The notes beneath the pieces are model-generated. The model was not told where the DNA came from, ran no database searches, and was given only the letters and a program-made list of their open reading frames with translations. A stretch of 64,000 bases of DNA. Origin: Thermaceae bacterium. GTDB taxonomy: Bacteria; Deinococcota; Deinococci; Deinococcales; Marinithermaceae. Within the stretch, counting starts at the first letter, position 1; each line of letters opens with the position of its first letter. Shown piece after piece: positions 9,398-19,477 of the stretch. The DNA lies in NCBI GenBank assembly GCA_027067955.1, contig JAMOUW010000076.1, positions 1,937-65,936 on the forward strand. Direction: 5' to 3'. Both the position numbers and the translations under genes were made by a program.

Positions 9398-10372
9398 ATG
9401 GACATCGGTTTCTTGATAGTGGCCGGCCTAATACTGATAGGGCTATTCATCCTCTTTTCCATAGTTCCTGTAGGGTTGTGGATTCAGGCCTGGGCTTCGG
9501 GCGTGCGGGTGCCGCTGACCACGCTGATAGGAATGCGGCTGCGGAGGATTCCACCGGCACGCATAATTTATCCGCTCATTAACGCTACTAAAGCGGGAAT
9601 CCCGGTGGAGCTCAATAAGCTCGAGTCCCACTATCTGGCGGGCGGCAATGTAGACCGCGTGGTCAACGCCCTCATTGCAGCCCAAAAAGCCGGAATAAAC
9701 CTTACCTTCGACCGGGCCGCAGCCATAGATCTGGCCGGACGCGACGTTCTTGAAGCGGTGCAGGTGTCAGTCAACCCCAAGGTAATTCAGACCCCCATGG
9801 TCGCGGCCGTAGCCAAGGACGGCATCCAGCTGCTCGCCACCGCCCGCATAACCGTGCGCGCAAACATCGACCGGCTCGTAGGTGGGGCCGGAGAAGAAAC
9901 CATCATCGCCCGCGTCGGCGAAGGAATCGTAACCACCATCGGCTCGGCATCCAGCCATAAGGACGTGCTCGAAAACCCCGACATGATCTCCAAGACGGTG
10001 CTCGAAAAAGGGCTCGACGCCGGTACCGCCTTTGAGATCCTCTCGGTAGACATCGCCGACGTGGACGTAGGCAAGAACATAGGCGCCCAGTTGCAGATAG
10101 ACCAGGCCGAGGCCGACAAGAAAATCGCCCAGGCCAAAGCCGAGGAGCGGCGCGCTATGGCCGTGGCCGCCGAGCAGGAAATGCGCGCAAAAGTGGAAGA
10201 AATGCGTGCCAAACTGGTGGAGGCCCAGGCTGCGGTCCCCATGGCTCTGGCCGAGGCCCTAAAGCAAGGGAATCTCGGGGTAATGGATTACTACACCCTG
10301 AAAAACATCGAGGCGGACACCGACATGCGCGAGTCCCTCAGCAAAGCGGCGGGTGAAGAGGAAGAGCGTTAG
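9398..10372 (+). CDS. floA: flotillin-like protein FloA (YqfA)
   Basis: [22 protein letters not shown] and [14 protein letters not shown] motifs; SD GAGGAGG 7 nt before ATG 9398. Confidence 0.95.
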   Translation: MDIGFLIVAGLILIGLFILFSIVPVGLWIQAWASGVRVPLTTLIGMRLRRIPPARIIYPLINATKAGIPVELNKLESHYLAGGNVDRVVNALIAAQKAGINLTFDRAAAIDLAGRDVLEAVQVSVNPKVIQTPMVAAVAKDGIQLLATARITVRANIDRLVGGAGEETIIARVGEGIVTTIGSASSHKDVLENPDMISKTVLEKGLDAGTAFEILSVDIADVDVGKNIGAQLQIDQAEADKKIAQAKAEERRAMAVAAEQEMRAKVEEMRAKLVEAQAAVPMALAEALKQGNLGVMDYYTLKNIEADTDMRESLSKAAGEEEER

Positions 10373-10375
10373 CCC

Positions 10376-10906
10376 ATGAACTTCGATGATCTTCTAGGAA
10401 TACTCTTCCTGCTCTTCTTCATAATCGGACCGGCCCTGCGCGGGCTGTTCAAGCCGCGCGAGCCGCTCGTGGAGGTCGAAATTCCCGAGGAAATCGAGGA
10501 GATAGAACGCCGCCTGCGCGAAGCGGCGGAGGGCAAGGTTCGCGACACCCCACCGGATACGAAGGCGCCGCGCCCAACCAAACAGCCCCAGCCCGCGCCA
10601 CGCACCACCGCACCGTCGGCTCGCCAGGCGGCTACCCCCGCTGCGCCCCCGAACCAGCAAAGCGCCGAAGGTCATGCCGCCGGCTCGCGCTCGCGGCGTC
10701 GCATAGCAGAAGCCCGCCAGGACGCCGCCGGCATAGCGGCAAGCGAGCGCATGGCATTTGCGGCCACCCACGGACGCACCACAAACAGGCCGTCCCTGCC
10801 GGTGCACCGCAGGGCGATAGTTCAGGGAATGATCTGGCATGAAATCCTCAGTGAACCCGTAAGCCGTAGGCGCGGTCGCAGGAGAATAAAGAAGCTGATA
10901 AGCTAG
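10376..10906 (+). CDS. YqfB-like membrane-anchored protein
   Basis: N-terminal TM, Pro/Ala-rich linker, C-terminal QGMIWHEILSEP motif; third gene after nfeD-floA. Confidence 0.6.
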   Translation: MNFDDLLGILFLLFFIIGPALRGLFKPREPLVEVEIPEEIEEIERRLREAAEGKVRDTPPDTKAPRPTKQPQPAPRTTAPSARQAATPAAPPNQQSAEGHAAGSRSRRRIAEARQDAAGIAASERMAFAATHGRTTNRPSLPVHRRAIVQGMIWHEILSEPVSRRRGRRRIKKLIS

Positions 10907-10914
10907 ACAGACGG

Positions 10915-11934
10915 ATGGAAACGAACGAAGCCCCCCGGGAAAGCACGGAAACCAGCATCTTCGTGCGCTCCCCCGACGAAGCCATGGCGCTCTTCGGCAG
11001 CCGTGACCGCTGGCTCAAGGTGCTGCGCCAGCGGCTGGGCGCAACGATAGTCGCCCGTGATCAGCAGATTCGCATAAGCGGCGAGAAGGAAGACGTCAAA
11101 GTGGCCGAAGCGGTGTTGCGTGATCTGCTCACGCTGCTGCGTCAGGGTGCGGAGATAGACGAAACCGTGCTCGAGCAAACCCTATCCCTGGCCGAACGCG
11201 GACGGCGGCTCCCCGAAGAAACCGAGATTCGTCTGGGTGGTTTTCGCCTGCCCGGTCGCCTGCGCCCCAAAACCCCCGGGCAGGCGCGCTATGTGGAGGC
11301 CATCGCCGGCAGCGACATAATCTTTGGAATAGGCCCCGCCGGAACCGGAAAGACCTATCTGGCCGTAGCCATGGCGGTCGCCGCCCTGAAAGCCAGGAAG
11401 GTGAAGCGCATCATCCTCACCAGGCCCGCAGTGGAGGCCGGTGAACGCCTCGGCTTCCTGCCCGGCGACATCCAGGCCAAGGTGGACCCCTACCTGCGCC
11501 CGCTCTACGATGCCCTGTTCGAAATGATAGACTCCGAACGCTTCGACCAGCATCTGGCCTCGGGGATAATCGAGGTGGCCCCGCTGGCTTTCATGCGCGG
11601 TCGCACCCTCAACGACGCCTTCATCATCCTGGACGAAGCCCAAAACGCCACCGCCGAACAAATGAAGATGTTCCTCACCCGCATGGGGTTCAACTCCAAA
11701 GTGGTGGTAACCGGGGACATCACCCAAATAGACCTGCCGGCCAGCAAATACAGCGGGCTGCTGGCCGCACAGAGCATATTGCAGGGAATAGACGGGATAC
11801 GGTTTATTTATTTCAAGGAGTCGGACGTCGTGCGCCATCCACTGGTGGCGCGAATAATCAAGGCGTACGAACAGGCGGAGGTAAAACGCAAGGCCGAAAA
11901 CGAAGACAGGCACACGGACAGTGGCGGCAGTTGA
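10915..11934 (+). CDS. phoH: PhoH-family ATPase
   Basis: GPAGTGKT, RPAVEAGERLGFLPG, AFMRGRT and DEAQN motifs. Confidence 0.95.
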   Translation: METNEAPRESTETSIFVRSPDEAMALFGSRDRWLKVLRQRLGATIVARDQQIRISGEKEDVKVAEAVLRDLLTLLRQGAEIDETVLEQTLSLAERGRRLPEETEIRLGGFRLPGRLRPKTPGQARYVEAIAGSDIIFGIGPAGTGKTYLAVAMAVAALKARKVKRIILTRPAVEAGERLGFLPGDIQAKVDPYLRPLYDALFEMIDSERFDQHLASGIIEVAPLAFMRGRTLNDAFIILDEAQNATAEQMKMFLTRMGFNSKVVVTGDITQIDLPASKYSGLLAAQSILQGIDGIRFIYFKESDVVRHPLVARIIKAYEQAEVKRKAENEDRHTDSGGS

Positions 11935-12346
11935 GATAATCCCCCAAAAAAAGCCGCCGCGAGGCCTGCGACCGCGCCTGCGACACGGCCTGACGGCGCT
12001 AATGAGCGAACTGGGGCACGCCAACAGGATGGTTACCGTGATACTTTGCTCCGACCACAGGATTCGCGCCCTCAAGAAAACCCACTGGGGCGAGGACACC
12101 GTCACCGACGTACTTAGTTTTCCCACTTACGAACCAGGCGATCCTTTCATTCCCCCGCATCTGGGGGACATCTGGATAAGCCTCGATACCGCTGCCCGGC
12201 AAGCTCCGGCGCAGGGGCGCTCGCTGGAAGAAGAGGTGCTCGTCCTGGCGGCGCATGGTTTATGGCACCTGCTGGGGCATGACCACGATTCGGAGGAGGA
12301 ATGGCGAGGTTTTCTGAACGTTCAGCGCCGGATACTGGAACTGTAA
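11921..12346 (+). CDS. ybeY: rRNA maturation RNase YbeY
   Basis: TDVLSFP, LGDIWIS and HGLWHLLGHDH motifs. Confidence 0.93.
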   Translation: MAAVEIIPQKKPPRGLRPRLRHGLTALMSELGHANRMVTVILCSDHRIRALKKTHWGEDTVTDVLSFPTYEPGDPFIPPHLGDIWISLDTAARQAPAQGRSLEEEVLVLAAHGLWHLLGHDHDSEEEWRGFLNVQRRILEL

Positions 12347-12711
12347 AGGGAATTTTGCGCTCCTTCGGATACGCCTGGCAGGGGCTGCGCTACGCCTGGC
12401 GCAGCCAGCGCAACTTCCGCATCGAAGTCCTCCTGGCGCTGATTGCCCTGACGCTGGCCCTCGTCCTGGGGGTCGATCCGGTTACGGTGCTCCTGCTCAT
12501 ACTCGTGGTGCTAACGCTGGAGCTGATGAACACCGCCCTGGAAGCGGTGGTCGACATCGCCAGTCCCGACCATCACCCACTGGCCAAAGCGGCCAAGGAC
12601 ACGGCTGCGGCTGCGGTGCTGATGGCCAGCATCCTCTCTGCAATGATCGGCATGCTGATCTTCCTTCCCGCCATTGCTGAAAAACTGCGTATTTATGGTA
12701 AAATCCCTTAA
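12301..12711 (+). CDS. dgkA: diacylglycerol/undecaprenol kinase
   Basis: SFGYAWQG, QRNFRI, ELMNTALEAVVD and AKAAKD motifs. Confidence 0.9.
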   Translation: MARFSERSAPDTGTVKGILRSFGYAWQGLRYAWRSQRNFRIEVLLALIALTLALVLGVDPVTVLLLILVVLTLELMNTALEAVVDIASPDHHPLAKAAKDTAAAAVLMASILSAMIGMLIFLPAIAEKLRIYGKIP

Positions 12712-12716
12712 GCACT

Positions 12717-14087
12717 ATGGACCGACCTCCCAGTCGTAGCCTTCGCCTGCTAGCCCTCACCCTGCTGCTTACCCCTGCCCTTGCCCAAAATCCGGTTGCC
12801 GAGGCCGCTTTTGCTTACCCCATACTGGACGCACTGCTCCTGGTGGCGCTATTCGTCCTCTCGGGATTTTTTTCCGCCGCCGAAACAGCCGTCACCACCC
12901 TGTGGCCCTGGAAGGTGCGCGAGCTGGCCGAGCGCGAAGGGCCGAACAGCCCGTTCGCGCTTCTGCAGCGGGATATCACCCGCTTTCTAACCACCATTCT
13001 GGTGGGCAACAACCTTGTCAACATCGCCGCGACCGCGCTGGTAACCGACCTTGCCACCAGCGCCTGGGGGTCTACGGGCATCGCCTACGCCACCGGGCTG
13101 ATGACCTTTCTGATTCTCTTCTTTGGGGAAATCACCCCGAAATCAATAGCCGTTCACAACGCCGACCGCCTGGCGCGCTTCTTCGTGCGCCCCATTTACT
13201 GGCTTTCGGTATTGCTATACCCCATAGGCCGCTTTTTTACCTGGATGTCCGCACTAATCCTGCGTTTCTTGAGACTCGAGCCCCGCCAGCAGCCTCTGGT
13301 CACCGAAGACGAGCTCAAGCTGATCCTCGCCGGGGCCGAGGCTAGCGGAGCGATCGAAGAAGCCGAAGAGGACATGATTCAAAACGTCCTCGAGCTCGAA
13401 GAAACCCAGGTGCGCGAAATCATGGTTCCACGGGTGGACGTGGTAGCCATAGAAAACACGGCCAGCCTGCGCGAGTTCGTTCGCGTTGAACGCGAGTATC
13501 GCTACTCTCGCATACCCGTCTACCGGGAAAGCATCGATCAAATAGTCGGTATCGCCTATGCCAAAGAGCTGCTTAACTACCTGGAAACCCCCGAGCTCTT
13601 GGACCAACTCACGGTAATGAGTATCGCCCAGGACGCTTTTTTCGTTCCTGAGTCGATGCCTGTTTGGAACCTGCTGCTCGAAATACGTCGCCGAAAAGTG
13701 CACATGGCGATCGTCGTAGACGAGTTCGGCGGCACCGCCGGGTTAGTGACGCTCGAGGATATCATCGAGGAAATCGTCGGCGAAATCTACGACGAAACCG
13801 ACGTGGTGGAGGAACACCCCATCCAACCCCAGGAAGATGGGAGCTTCCTGATCGACGCCCAAACCCCGCTGGACGACGTCTCCGAAGCGCTGGGCATAGA
13901 ACTTCCAGAAGGCGAGTACGAAACCCTGTCGGGCTACCTATACGAAACCTTCGGCTACATCCCCAAGGTGAGCGAAGAACACAGTTACGGCGGTTACCGC
14001 TTTGTGGTGGAGGCAGCCGACGAACGCAAGATCGAACGCGTTAGAGCCGAACCGGTGAGTACACCCGCCGCCAGCGAAGCGGAGTGA
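12717..14087 (+). CDS. CNNM/hemolysin-family transporter (DUF21-CBS-CorC)
   Basis: GFFSAAETA, GEITPKS, MVPRVDV, YSRIPV and VDEFGGTAGLVTLED motifs. Confidence 0.92.
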   Translation: MDRPPSRSLRLLALTLLLTPALAQNPVAEAAFAYPILDALLLVALFVLSGFFSAAETAVTTLWPWKVRELAEREGPNSPFALLQRDITRFLTTILVGNNLVNIAATALVTDLATSAWGSTGIAYATGLMTFLILFFGEITPKSIAVHNADRLARFFVRPIYWLSVLLYPIGRFFTWMSALILRFLRLEPRQQPLVTEDELKLILAGAEASGAIEEAEEDMIQNVLELEETQVREIMVPRVDVVAIENTASLREFVRVEREYRYSRIPVYRESIDQIVGIAYAKELLNYLETPELLDQLTVMSIAQDAFFVPESMPVWNLLLEIRRRKVHMAIVVDEFGGTAGLVTLEDIIEEIVGEIYDETDVVEEHPIQPQEDGSFLIDAQTPLDDVSEALGIELPEGEYETLSGYLYETFGYIPKVSEEHSYGGYRFVVEAADERKIERVRAEPVSTPAASEAE

Positions 14088-14097
14088 GGAGCACCCC

Positions 14098-14484
14098 TTG
14101 GCCGAGCAAGAAGACATCGTTATCCTCGCGCAGACCGCGCTGGCGCACGCCTACGCGCCATATTCGAAATTCCCGGTCAGCGCCGTAATAGTAACCGAGA
14201 GCGGCCGCAGATTTGTAGGTGTGAACGTAGAAAACAGCGCCTACCCCCTCTCGCGCTGCGCCGAGCAGATAGCCGTCGGTGCAATGATAACTGCAGGCGA
14301 ACGAAAGATCCGCGAGGTTTTCATTCTTTCAACCGCAAGCGAACCGGCCGCGCCCTGCGGCGCCTGCCGGCAAATCCTCTACGAATTCGCCGACGACGAA
14401 ACCCCCGTTGTTTGTCGCAATACCGCGGGCAAAGAATTGCGTTTCAAGCTGGGCGAGCTGCTGCCTGCGGCTTTTCGTCTTTGA
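14098..14484 (+). CDS. cdd: cytidine deaminase
   Basis: AYAPYSKF, NVENSAY, CAE and PCGACRQ motifs. Confidence 0.95.
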   Translation: MAEQEDIVILAQTALAHAYAPYSKFPVSAVIVTESGRRFVGVNVENSAYPLSRCAEQIAVGAMITAGERKIREVFILSTASEPAAPCGACRQILYEFADDETPVVCRNTAGKELRFKLGELLPAAFRL

Positions 14485-15052
14485 GGCGCGCTGTCAGCAC
14501 GTACCGGCCCCGCCGCGCTTCGAAACTCCCCGAAAAACCCAGTCCGGCTATTTCGCCTAGCAGCCCCTGCGGCGTCATGAAATTGGCAGGCTCGCCGAGA
14601 AGGCGCTCGCCCCAGTACACCCAGCGGCCCAGGCCCGCGCGGGGATCGAAGTCATATATCCATAGCAGACCTCCCGGCCTGAGGACGCGGGCTACCTGTA
14701 CGAGCGCGGCCCGCGGGTCCTGGAAGTGATGCAGAGCTTCGCCCAGTAGCACGGCATCCAGTTGCGCCCGGGCGAAGGGTAACGCCTCAGCCCGGGCGAA
14801 CGCGACCTCTATCGGCGCCGGCACATGACGCAACATTCCCTTTGCTGGATCCACCACCGTTATCTTCAAGTCGGGACGGATCGCCAGTGCGGCGCGGGCG
14901 AGAACCCCGGTCCCCCCTCCCAGGTCGAGCACTCTGCCTTCCCGGGGCAGGGTGCGAAGCGCTTCCGACAGCAACGGCCAGGCCCAGCGCGGATACGCAC
15001 GATGCCCCCAGCGGGAAAACAGACTACCGAGCCTATCGAAGGGTATCCCCAC
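14444..15052 (-). CDS. class I SAM-dependent methyltransferase (UbiE/MenG-like)
   Basis: VLDLGGGTG, AEALPF and RVLRPGG motifs. Confidence 0.85.
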   Translation of the reverse strand: MGIPFDRLGSLFSRWGHRAYPRWAWPLLSEALRTLPREGRVLDLGGGTGVLARAALAIRPDLKITVVDPAKGMLRHVPAPIEVAFARAEALPFARAQLDAVLLGEALHHFQDPRAALVQVARVLRPGGLLWIYDFDPRAGLGRWVYWGERLLGEPANFMTPQGLLGEIAGLGFSGSFEARRGRYVLTARLKDEKPQAAARPA

Positions 15053-15055
15053 GCG

Positions 15056-15883
15056 TCAACGCACCCTCCCGCCGAAGAATACGTCGAGCAGCATCTGCCA
15101 GACCCCGGGTATCTCGGCGCGCACACCCCCGGACAGCTCTACCGGCAGACCGGTAACCAGGGCGGTCGCCGCTCCCGGAACCTTGGTTAGATTGACCCGG
15201 AAAGCCAGCATGCCCGATCCCGATTCCCGGGGACGCAACGGCAGGTCGAGGACTGCATCAGCAACGGTATCCCCGCCTATGACCAGCCCCACCGGGCCGC
15301 GCAGGTAAAAACCGATTGGGTTGGGGTTGGAAACTCGGAACCCTATGATGACTTCCAGGTTCGTCCCGCTGATCCGCAAGCGGCTCTGATTCGGATCGAG
15401 CTTGAAACGGGGTATCGCAAACTGCAGGTTCACCCGCACAGTTTCGTCGAGCAACGTAAAAGGCCCCAGCTCAACAGGAACAGGCCCCACCTGCACTTTC
15501 ACCCTGCCGGTTATGCGCATCCTTACCGAATCACCGCTAATGAGCCTGCCCACGGCGTCAGCAGTCTTGGCCAGAGGGACCGTGAGTTTGACGTTCATCA
15601 TTTTGAAACCGGCCGGGGGCAGCGTCATTGCCGGGAGGTCGAAAGGCAACCTGGCGTTGCCGAAGTGAAGCGTCAACTGGCTGGCAACCAGCGGCAGTTC
15701 GAAACTGTTGGGATTGCTTATACGCATCTTGAGCGCAAACTGTGCCTTCCCCGAAAACGGGTCGACACTGACGACATCGAACCCCTCGACCCGCGCCTGG
15801 GGAGGTTCGGGCTTTTGCACCCCCGGGATACATCCGGCAAGAACCAGAACCAGCAGACTCAACAACAAAACGGCTTTTCTCAT
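15056..15883 (-). CDS. LEA_2/WHy-domain lipoprotein (two domains)
   Basis: Lipobox LAGC and two NPN motifs (ISNPNSF, VSNPNPI). ATGA overlap with the upstream gene sets the start at 15883. Confidence 0.8.
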   Translation of the reverse strand: MRKAVLLLSLLVLVLAGCIPGVQKPEPPQARVEGFDVVSVDPFSGKAQFALKMRISNPNSFELPLVASQLTLHFGNARLPFDLPAMTLPPAGFKMMNVKLTVPLAKTADAVGRLISGDSVRMRITGRVKVQVGPVPVELGPFTLLDETVRVNLQFAIPRFKLDPNQSRLRISGTNLEVIIGFRVSNPNPIGFYLRGPVGLVIGGDTVADAVLDLPLRPRESGSGMLAFRVNLTKVPGAATALVTGLPVELSGGVRAEIPGVWQMLLDVFFGGRVR

Positions 15884-16728
15884 GGCAACCACCCTTCTTC
15901 CTGCAAACGATCCAGCAACCCTTGGGCCTGCGGCCAGTACGGACTCGTATCGGGTAAAGGCGAGCGCGGCGACCCTGCGGGCATATCCAGGTAACGCATA
16001 GCTTCCTTGAGCAAAGGAATACCTCCGCGGCCTATCAACGCAGCCGTTTCGTAGGCCAGACCAGCCAGCTGCGCGTCCAGTGCGCCCGAGCCAGCCCCCT
16101 CCAGCACGCGCGCATAGAGGCGGGGGGCGATGTTGCCGACCGCGAGGATCGCTCCGCCTGCGCCACTGGCAACCGCCGCAGGCAGGGTAGTGCCGCTGCC
16201 GGTGAATACCTGCAACTCCGGCGCAAAACGGCGGTAGAACTCAAGCCGGGCCATTTCCCCGCTAGAATCCTTTATGCCGGTGATACGCGGATTCCTCGAC
16301 AACTCGGCTATCAGCTCCAGCGGAAACTCCGTCCGCGTAAATACGGGGACATGGTAAAGCCAGACTTCCCCCACTTCCGCCAGCGACTCGAAGTGGCGGT
16401 GAAAAGAATCGGGCCCCATAGCGGATGCGTAAAAGCGCGGTGGCATGACCAGAAAACGATCGGCGCCGCCCGCCAGCGCAGCTTCCGCGTGGCGCCGTGC
16501 CAACGCCTCCGACTCGTCACCCACGCCGACCCAAAGCGGCTTGGACACCCTGACGCCCGCAAGCAGCGCTTCGCGCTCGTCCGGATCCAAAGTCACGGCC
16601 TCGCCGGTCGATCCCAGTATCAAGAAGCCGTCTACATGTGGCTCGAGGCGGTCGATGATTGCCTGCAAGGCGGCAGGATCCGGCCGCCCCGCGGTGTCGA
16701 ACGGGGTAACCAGTGCCGGGACTATCAC
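15880..16728 (-). CDS. DHDPS/NAL-family aldolase
   Basis: PALVTPF, GSTGE, LYHVP and GIKDSSG motifs. Confidence 0.88.
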   Translation of the reverse strand: MIVPALVTPFDTAGRPDPAALQAIIDRLEPHVDGFLILGSTGEAVTLDPDEREALLAGVRVSKPLWVGVGDESEALARRHAEAALAGGADRFLVMPPRFYASAMGPDSFHRHFESLAEVGEVWLYHVPVFTRTEFPLELIAELSRNPRITGIKDSSGEMARLEFYRRFAPELQVFTGSGTTLPAAVASGAGGAILAVGNIAPRLYARVLEGAGSGALDAQLAGLAYETAALIGRGGIPLLKEAMRYLDMPAGSPRSPLPDTSPYWPQAQGLLDRLQEEGWLP

Positions 16729-18722
16729 CGGTGCACCTCTCCGTACCAGAGCACCAGGTGAGGGAGATATGCGGCCACCAACCAGGCGGCTCCCGCAGCC
16801 GTCTCGCCCTCGACCAAAAGAACCAGCCCGTGTGCCGCAGCAAGCAATAGTATGACCCCCCAGCCCTTCCCCAAGCTGTTGCTACCGGGAACCGCCAGCT
16901 CGAGCGCCCGGGCCAGTACCCCGCTGGCGCGGAAAGACTGACGGGGACGGGGCAGTATCAACACCCATGCGTGCATCAGTGCCCACAGCCCCGCCAGCAC
17001 AAGCAAAACCCAGCTCCATACCCGGTCCAAACCCAGCGACTCCAGGGGCATAGTCGGCATATCCTTCAGCGAACGGAGCGCTCCATCCAAATACAGCCAG
17101 GCTAGGTCGCGCCCCCGCGGTGTTCCCAAGCGGTCCACCCCCGCCTGCCGGTAAACAGCGGTCCAAGCATCGGCACCCAAGCCCAGGTGTTCCAGCACCG
17201 GGGTATAGCCGGCGTCAAGCCGGTATGCGTTTTCCAGCGCTTCTTCGTCATTGTTGAGCCGGTAATGCAGCGCCTCCGAAAATGCCAGCGGCACAGCGGG
17301 CACAGCTGTATCTCCACCCTGCGCCACCGCCTGGAGCAGCTCCCGCCCTCGCCCTTGTGGCCAGTCGGCAATGGCCTGGCCGGAACCAATGAAAGCGGCT
17401 CGCGCCAACGGCGCCTCGGCCATTACCCTCTCGAAACTGCGGGCCGTGCCCCAAACGAGCAATGATACCAGCAGCGCCAGAAACAGCAGGGCGGTAAGCA
17501 GGCGTTCTCCCCAACCTGCATACGCCAGCAGGAGGTGCCCCATTCTTCGCAGCGGGTTGCGACTCCAGCTGCCCAGAAGTCCGCCCAGCGACGCCAACCC
17601 CCGGCGCTGAGCAGGGAAATAGCGCGCCAACAAAACCGCTATTAGCGCCAGATAAGCTATCGCCAACGCCCAGACCGCCCGTTTCAACATGGAAGCATCC
17701 AGCGCCGGCGTGAAAGCGCTCATCTGCCTGACGCCCTCCCGCAGCCGCAACGCATCGGCAAAACGTCCCCGTGATTCCAGCCAGCGGGCCTGCTCAATGA
17801 AGAAGGCCTTTGAGCGGGGATGCTGCGGTGCGTAGTCGAACATGGCCCGGGTAAGCCGTAACGACTGCTCCGGCTCCAAATCACGGGCATCGCGGGCCTC
17901 CTCCTGCCAGGATTCAGCCCAGGCGCCCGCCTTTCCGCGCCACTCGAGCTCCACCCTGTGACCGCGCCGCAGCAAATCGCGTCCCCAGGCGGCTAGGTCT
18001 TCGACCGTGAGCGCCCCCGCCTCCATTGCCCAGTAGACCCAGTAGGGCCGGTAACCGCCAGGGTCCGGCGGCAACCTTTCCGTCACCCCCTTTTCCCGCC
18101 AGTAGGAACCCAGCAGGCGCAGCGGCTCCAAGGCTGACAATTCTCCGGTATACGGCCCGGCTTCGGGACCCAGTTCGGACAACGAGACCACGCGGCCATC
18201 GGCCAGCAATGCTACCGGACCGGTGCCGAGGTCCTTAACCGCATCGGGAGGATAATAGGCGCTGGGTTTCAACTCGCCCTCATAGTCGACACGTAATACC
18301 AGGGGAGCGCCCTGGATGGCCAGATAAACAGCTCCGGGCTCCTCTAGCGGTGGCAGCCAGTCGGCGGCGGGAAGCGGCAGCATGCGATCTCCAATGCGCA
18401 GACCCTCCGGCTCCAAAACTACCTTCGGCGGAGGCGGAGCTACATCGAGCTCGGCCGTTTGCCTGCCCCCCGGGGTGTAGAGAATGAACCGGTAATGCCC
18501 CGCCCGGGGCGGCTTCCAGGTCAGCACGCCCCCGTTTTCGGTGGTCACCAGCGTAAATACTTGAACACCATCCGGTCCCACGATCTCAATGGGGTATGCT
18601 CCCGGCTCGAGTCCGCTGGCGCTTATCTCGACCTGGCCGCCTACACTTGCAGCCTCGGGTAGCACGAGACCCTGCGCCAGCGCCACGGCCAGCAGCCATC
18701 CTGTGATCCAAAGTCTTCGCAT
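16725..18722 (-). CDS. hypothetical exported/multi-pass membrane protein
   Basis: Signal peptide MRRLWITGWLLAVALA, beta-rich N-terminal domain, several later TM segments; stop overlaps the next start. Confidence 0.7.
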   Translation of the reverse strand: MRRLWITGWLLAVALAQGLVLPEAASVGGQVEISASGLEPGAYPIEIVGPDGVQVFTLVTTENGGVLTWKPPRAGHYRFILYTPGGRQTAELDVAPPPPKVVLEPEGLRIGDRMLPLPAADWLPPLEEPGAVYLAIQGAPLVLRVDYEGELKPSAYYPPDAVKDLGTGPVALLADGRVVSLSELGPEAGPYTGELSALEPLRLLGSYWREKGVTERLPPDPGGYRPYWVYWAMEAGALTVEDLAAWGRDLLRRGHRVELEWRGKAGAWAESWQEEARDARDLEPEQSLRLTRAMFDYAPQHPRSKAFFIEQARWLESRGRFADALRLREGVRQMSAFTPALDASMLKRAVWALAIAYLALIAVLLARYFPAQRRGLASLGGLLGSWSRNPLRRMGHLLLAYAGWGERLLTALLFLALLVSLLVWGTARSFERVMAEAPLARAAFIGSGQAIADWPQGRGRELLQAVAQGGDTAVPAVPLAFSEALHYRLNNDEEALENAYRLDAGYTPVLEHLGLGADAWTAVYRQAGVDRLGTPRGRDLAWLYLDGALRSLKDMPTMPLESLGLDRVWSWVLLVLAGLWALMHAWVLILPRPRQSFRASGVLARALELAVPGSNSLGKGWGVILLLAAAHGLVLLVEGETAAGAAWLVAAYLPHLVLWYGEVHR

Positions 18723-18763
18723 ATTCCCATTTTGCCACGCCCAAGGCCACCTAGAATGGAGGT

Positions 18764-19429
18764 ATGGGACTGTCAAACATCATCGGGCCGGTTATGGTGG
18801 GTCCGTCATCCAGCCACACCGCCGGAGCAGTACGGCTGGCGTGGCTGGCAAGGCAATTGCTGAATGACGAACCGCGGCGCGTGCGCTTCGGCCTGCACGG
18901 CAGCTTTGCCAAAACGGGTCGGGGCCACGGAACGCATCTCGCTCTCGCCGGAGGTGCCCTGGGATATGCCCCGGACGACCCCCGAATCAAGAACGCAATC
19001 GACAGGGCCCGGGAAGCCGGGGTAGATATCAGCTTCGAAGATATCGAGCTGGGAGACGTTCACCCCAATACGGTCCGCATCGAACTGGAAGACTCCCGCG
19101 AGCGGCACGAAGTGATCGGCAGTTCCATCGGTGGGGGCATGGTGCGCATATGGAAAATTGACGGTCTGGACGCCTACCTTAGCGGGGAAACCCCTGCCCT
19201 GCTCGTCCGCCACCGGGACACCCCCGGGGTAATCGCCCGGGTGGCGCTGGTGCTCGCGGACGACGAGGTCAACATCGCCCGTGTCATCTCGGGCCGCACC
19301 CAAAAAGGCGGTGATGCGCTAATGAGCCTGGAAATCGACCATCAGCTCAGCGAAGCCGGGCTCTCCTACCTGCACAGCCTTTCGTACGTTCATTGGGTAA
19401 AACCAGTTCCGCCCCTGCCGGAAAATTAA
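18764..19429 (+). CDS. sdaAB: Fe-S L-serine dehydratase, beta subunit
   Basis: GPVMVGPSSSHTAG, GSFAKTGRGHGT and HPNT motifs; C-terminal ACT domain. Confidence 0.93.
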   Translation: MGLSNIIGPVMVGPSSSHTAGAVRLAWLARQLLNDEPRRVRFGLHGSFAKTGRGHGTHLALAGGALGYAPDDPRIKNAIDRAREAGVDISFEDIELGDVHPNTVRIELEDSRERHEVIGSSIGGGMVRIWKIDGLDAYLSGETPALLVRHRDTPGVIARVALVLADDEVNIARVISGRTQKGGDALMSLEIDHQLSEAGLSYLHSLSYVHWVKPVPPLPEN

Positions 19430-19433
19430 GTAC

Positions 19434-19471
19434 GTTTACTATTGACTAAACATACTAAACAAAGCTAAGAT
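19434..19471 (+). promoter_or_regulatory. leaderless promoter with candidate autoregulatory operator
   Basis: TTGACT (19442) N18 TAAGAT, 6 nt before ATG. Inverted repeat GTTTA-N8-TAAAC and ACTAAACA direct repeat overlap the -35. Confidence 0.55.
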
Positions 19472-19477
19472 AAGTAC

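Noticed and set aside
18764-19429. sdaAB without sdaAA, and trpC outside a trp operon
   Set aside because: Split or dispersed arrangements are ordinary in this lineage, and the partners are probably elsewhere in the genome.
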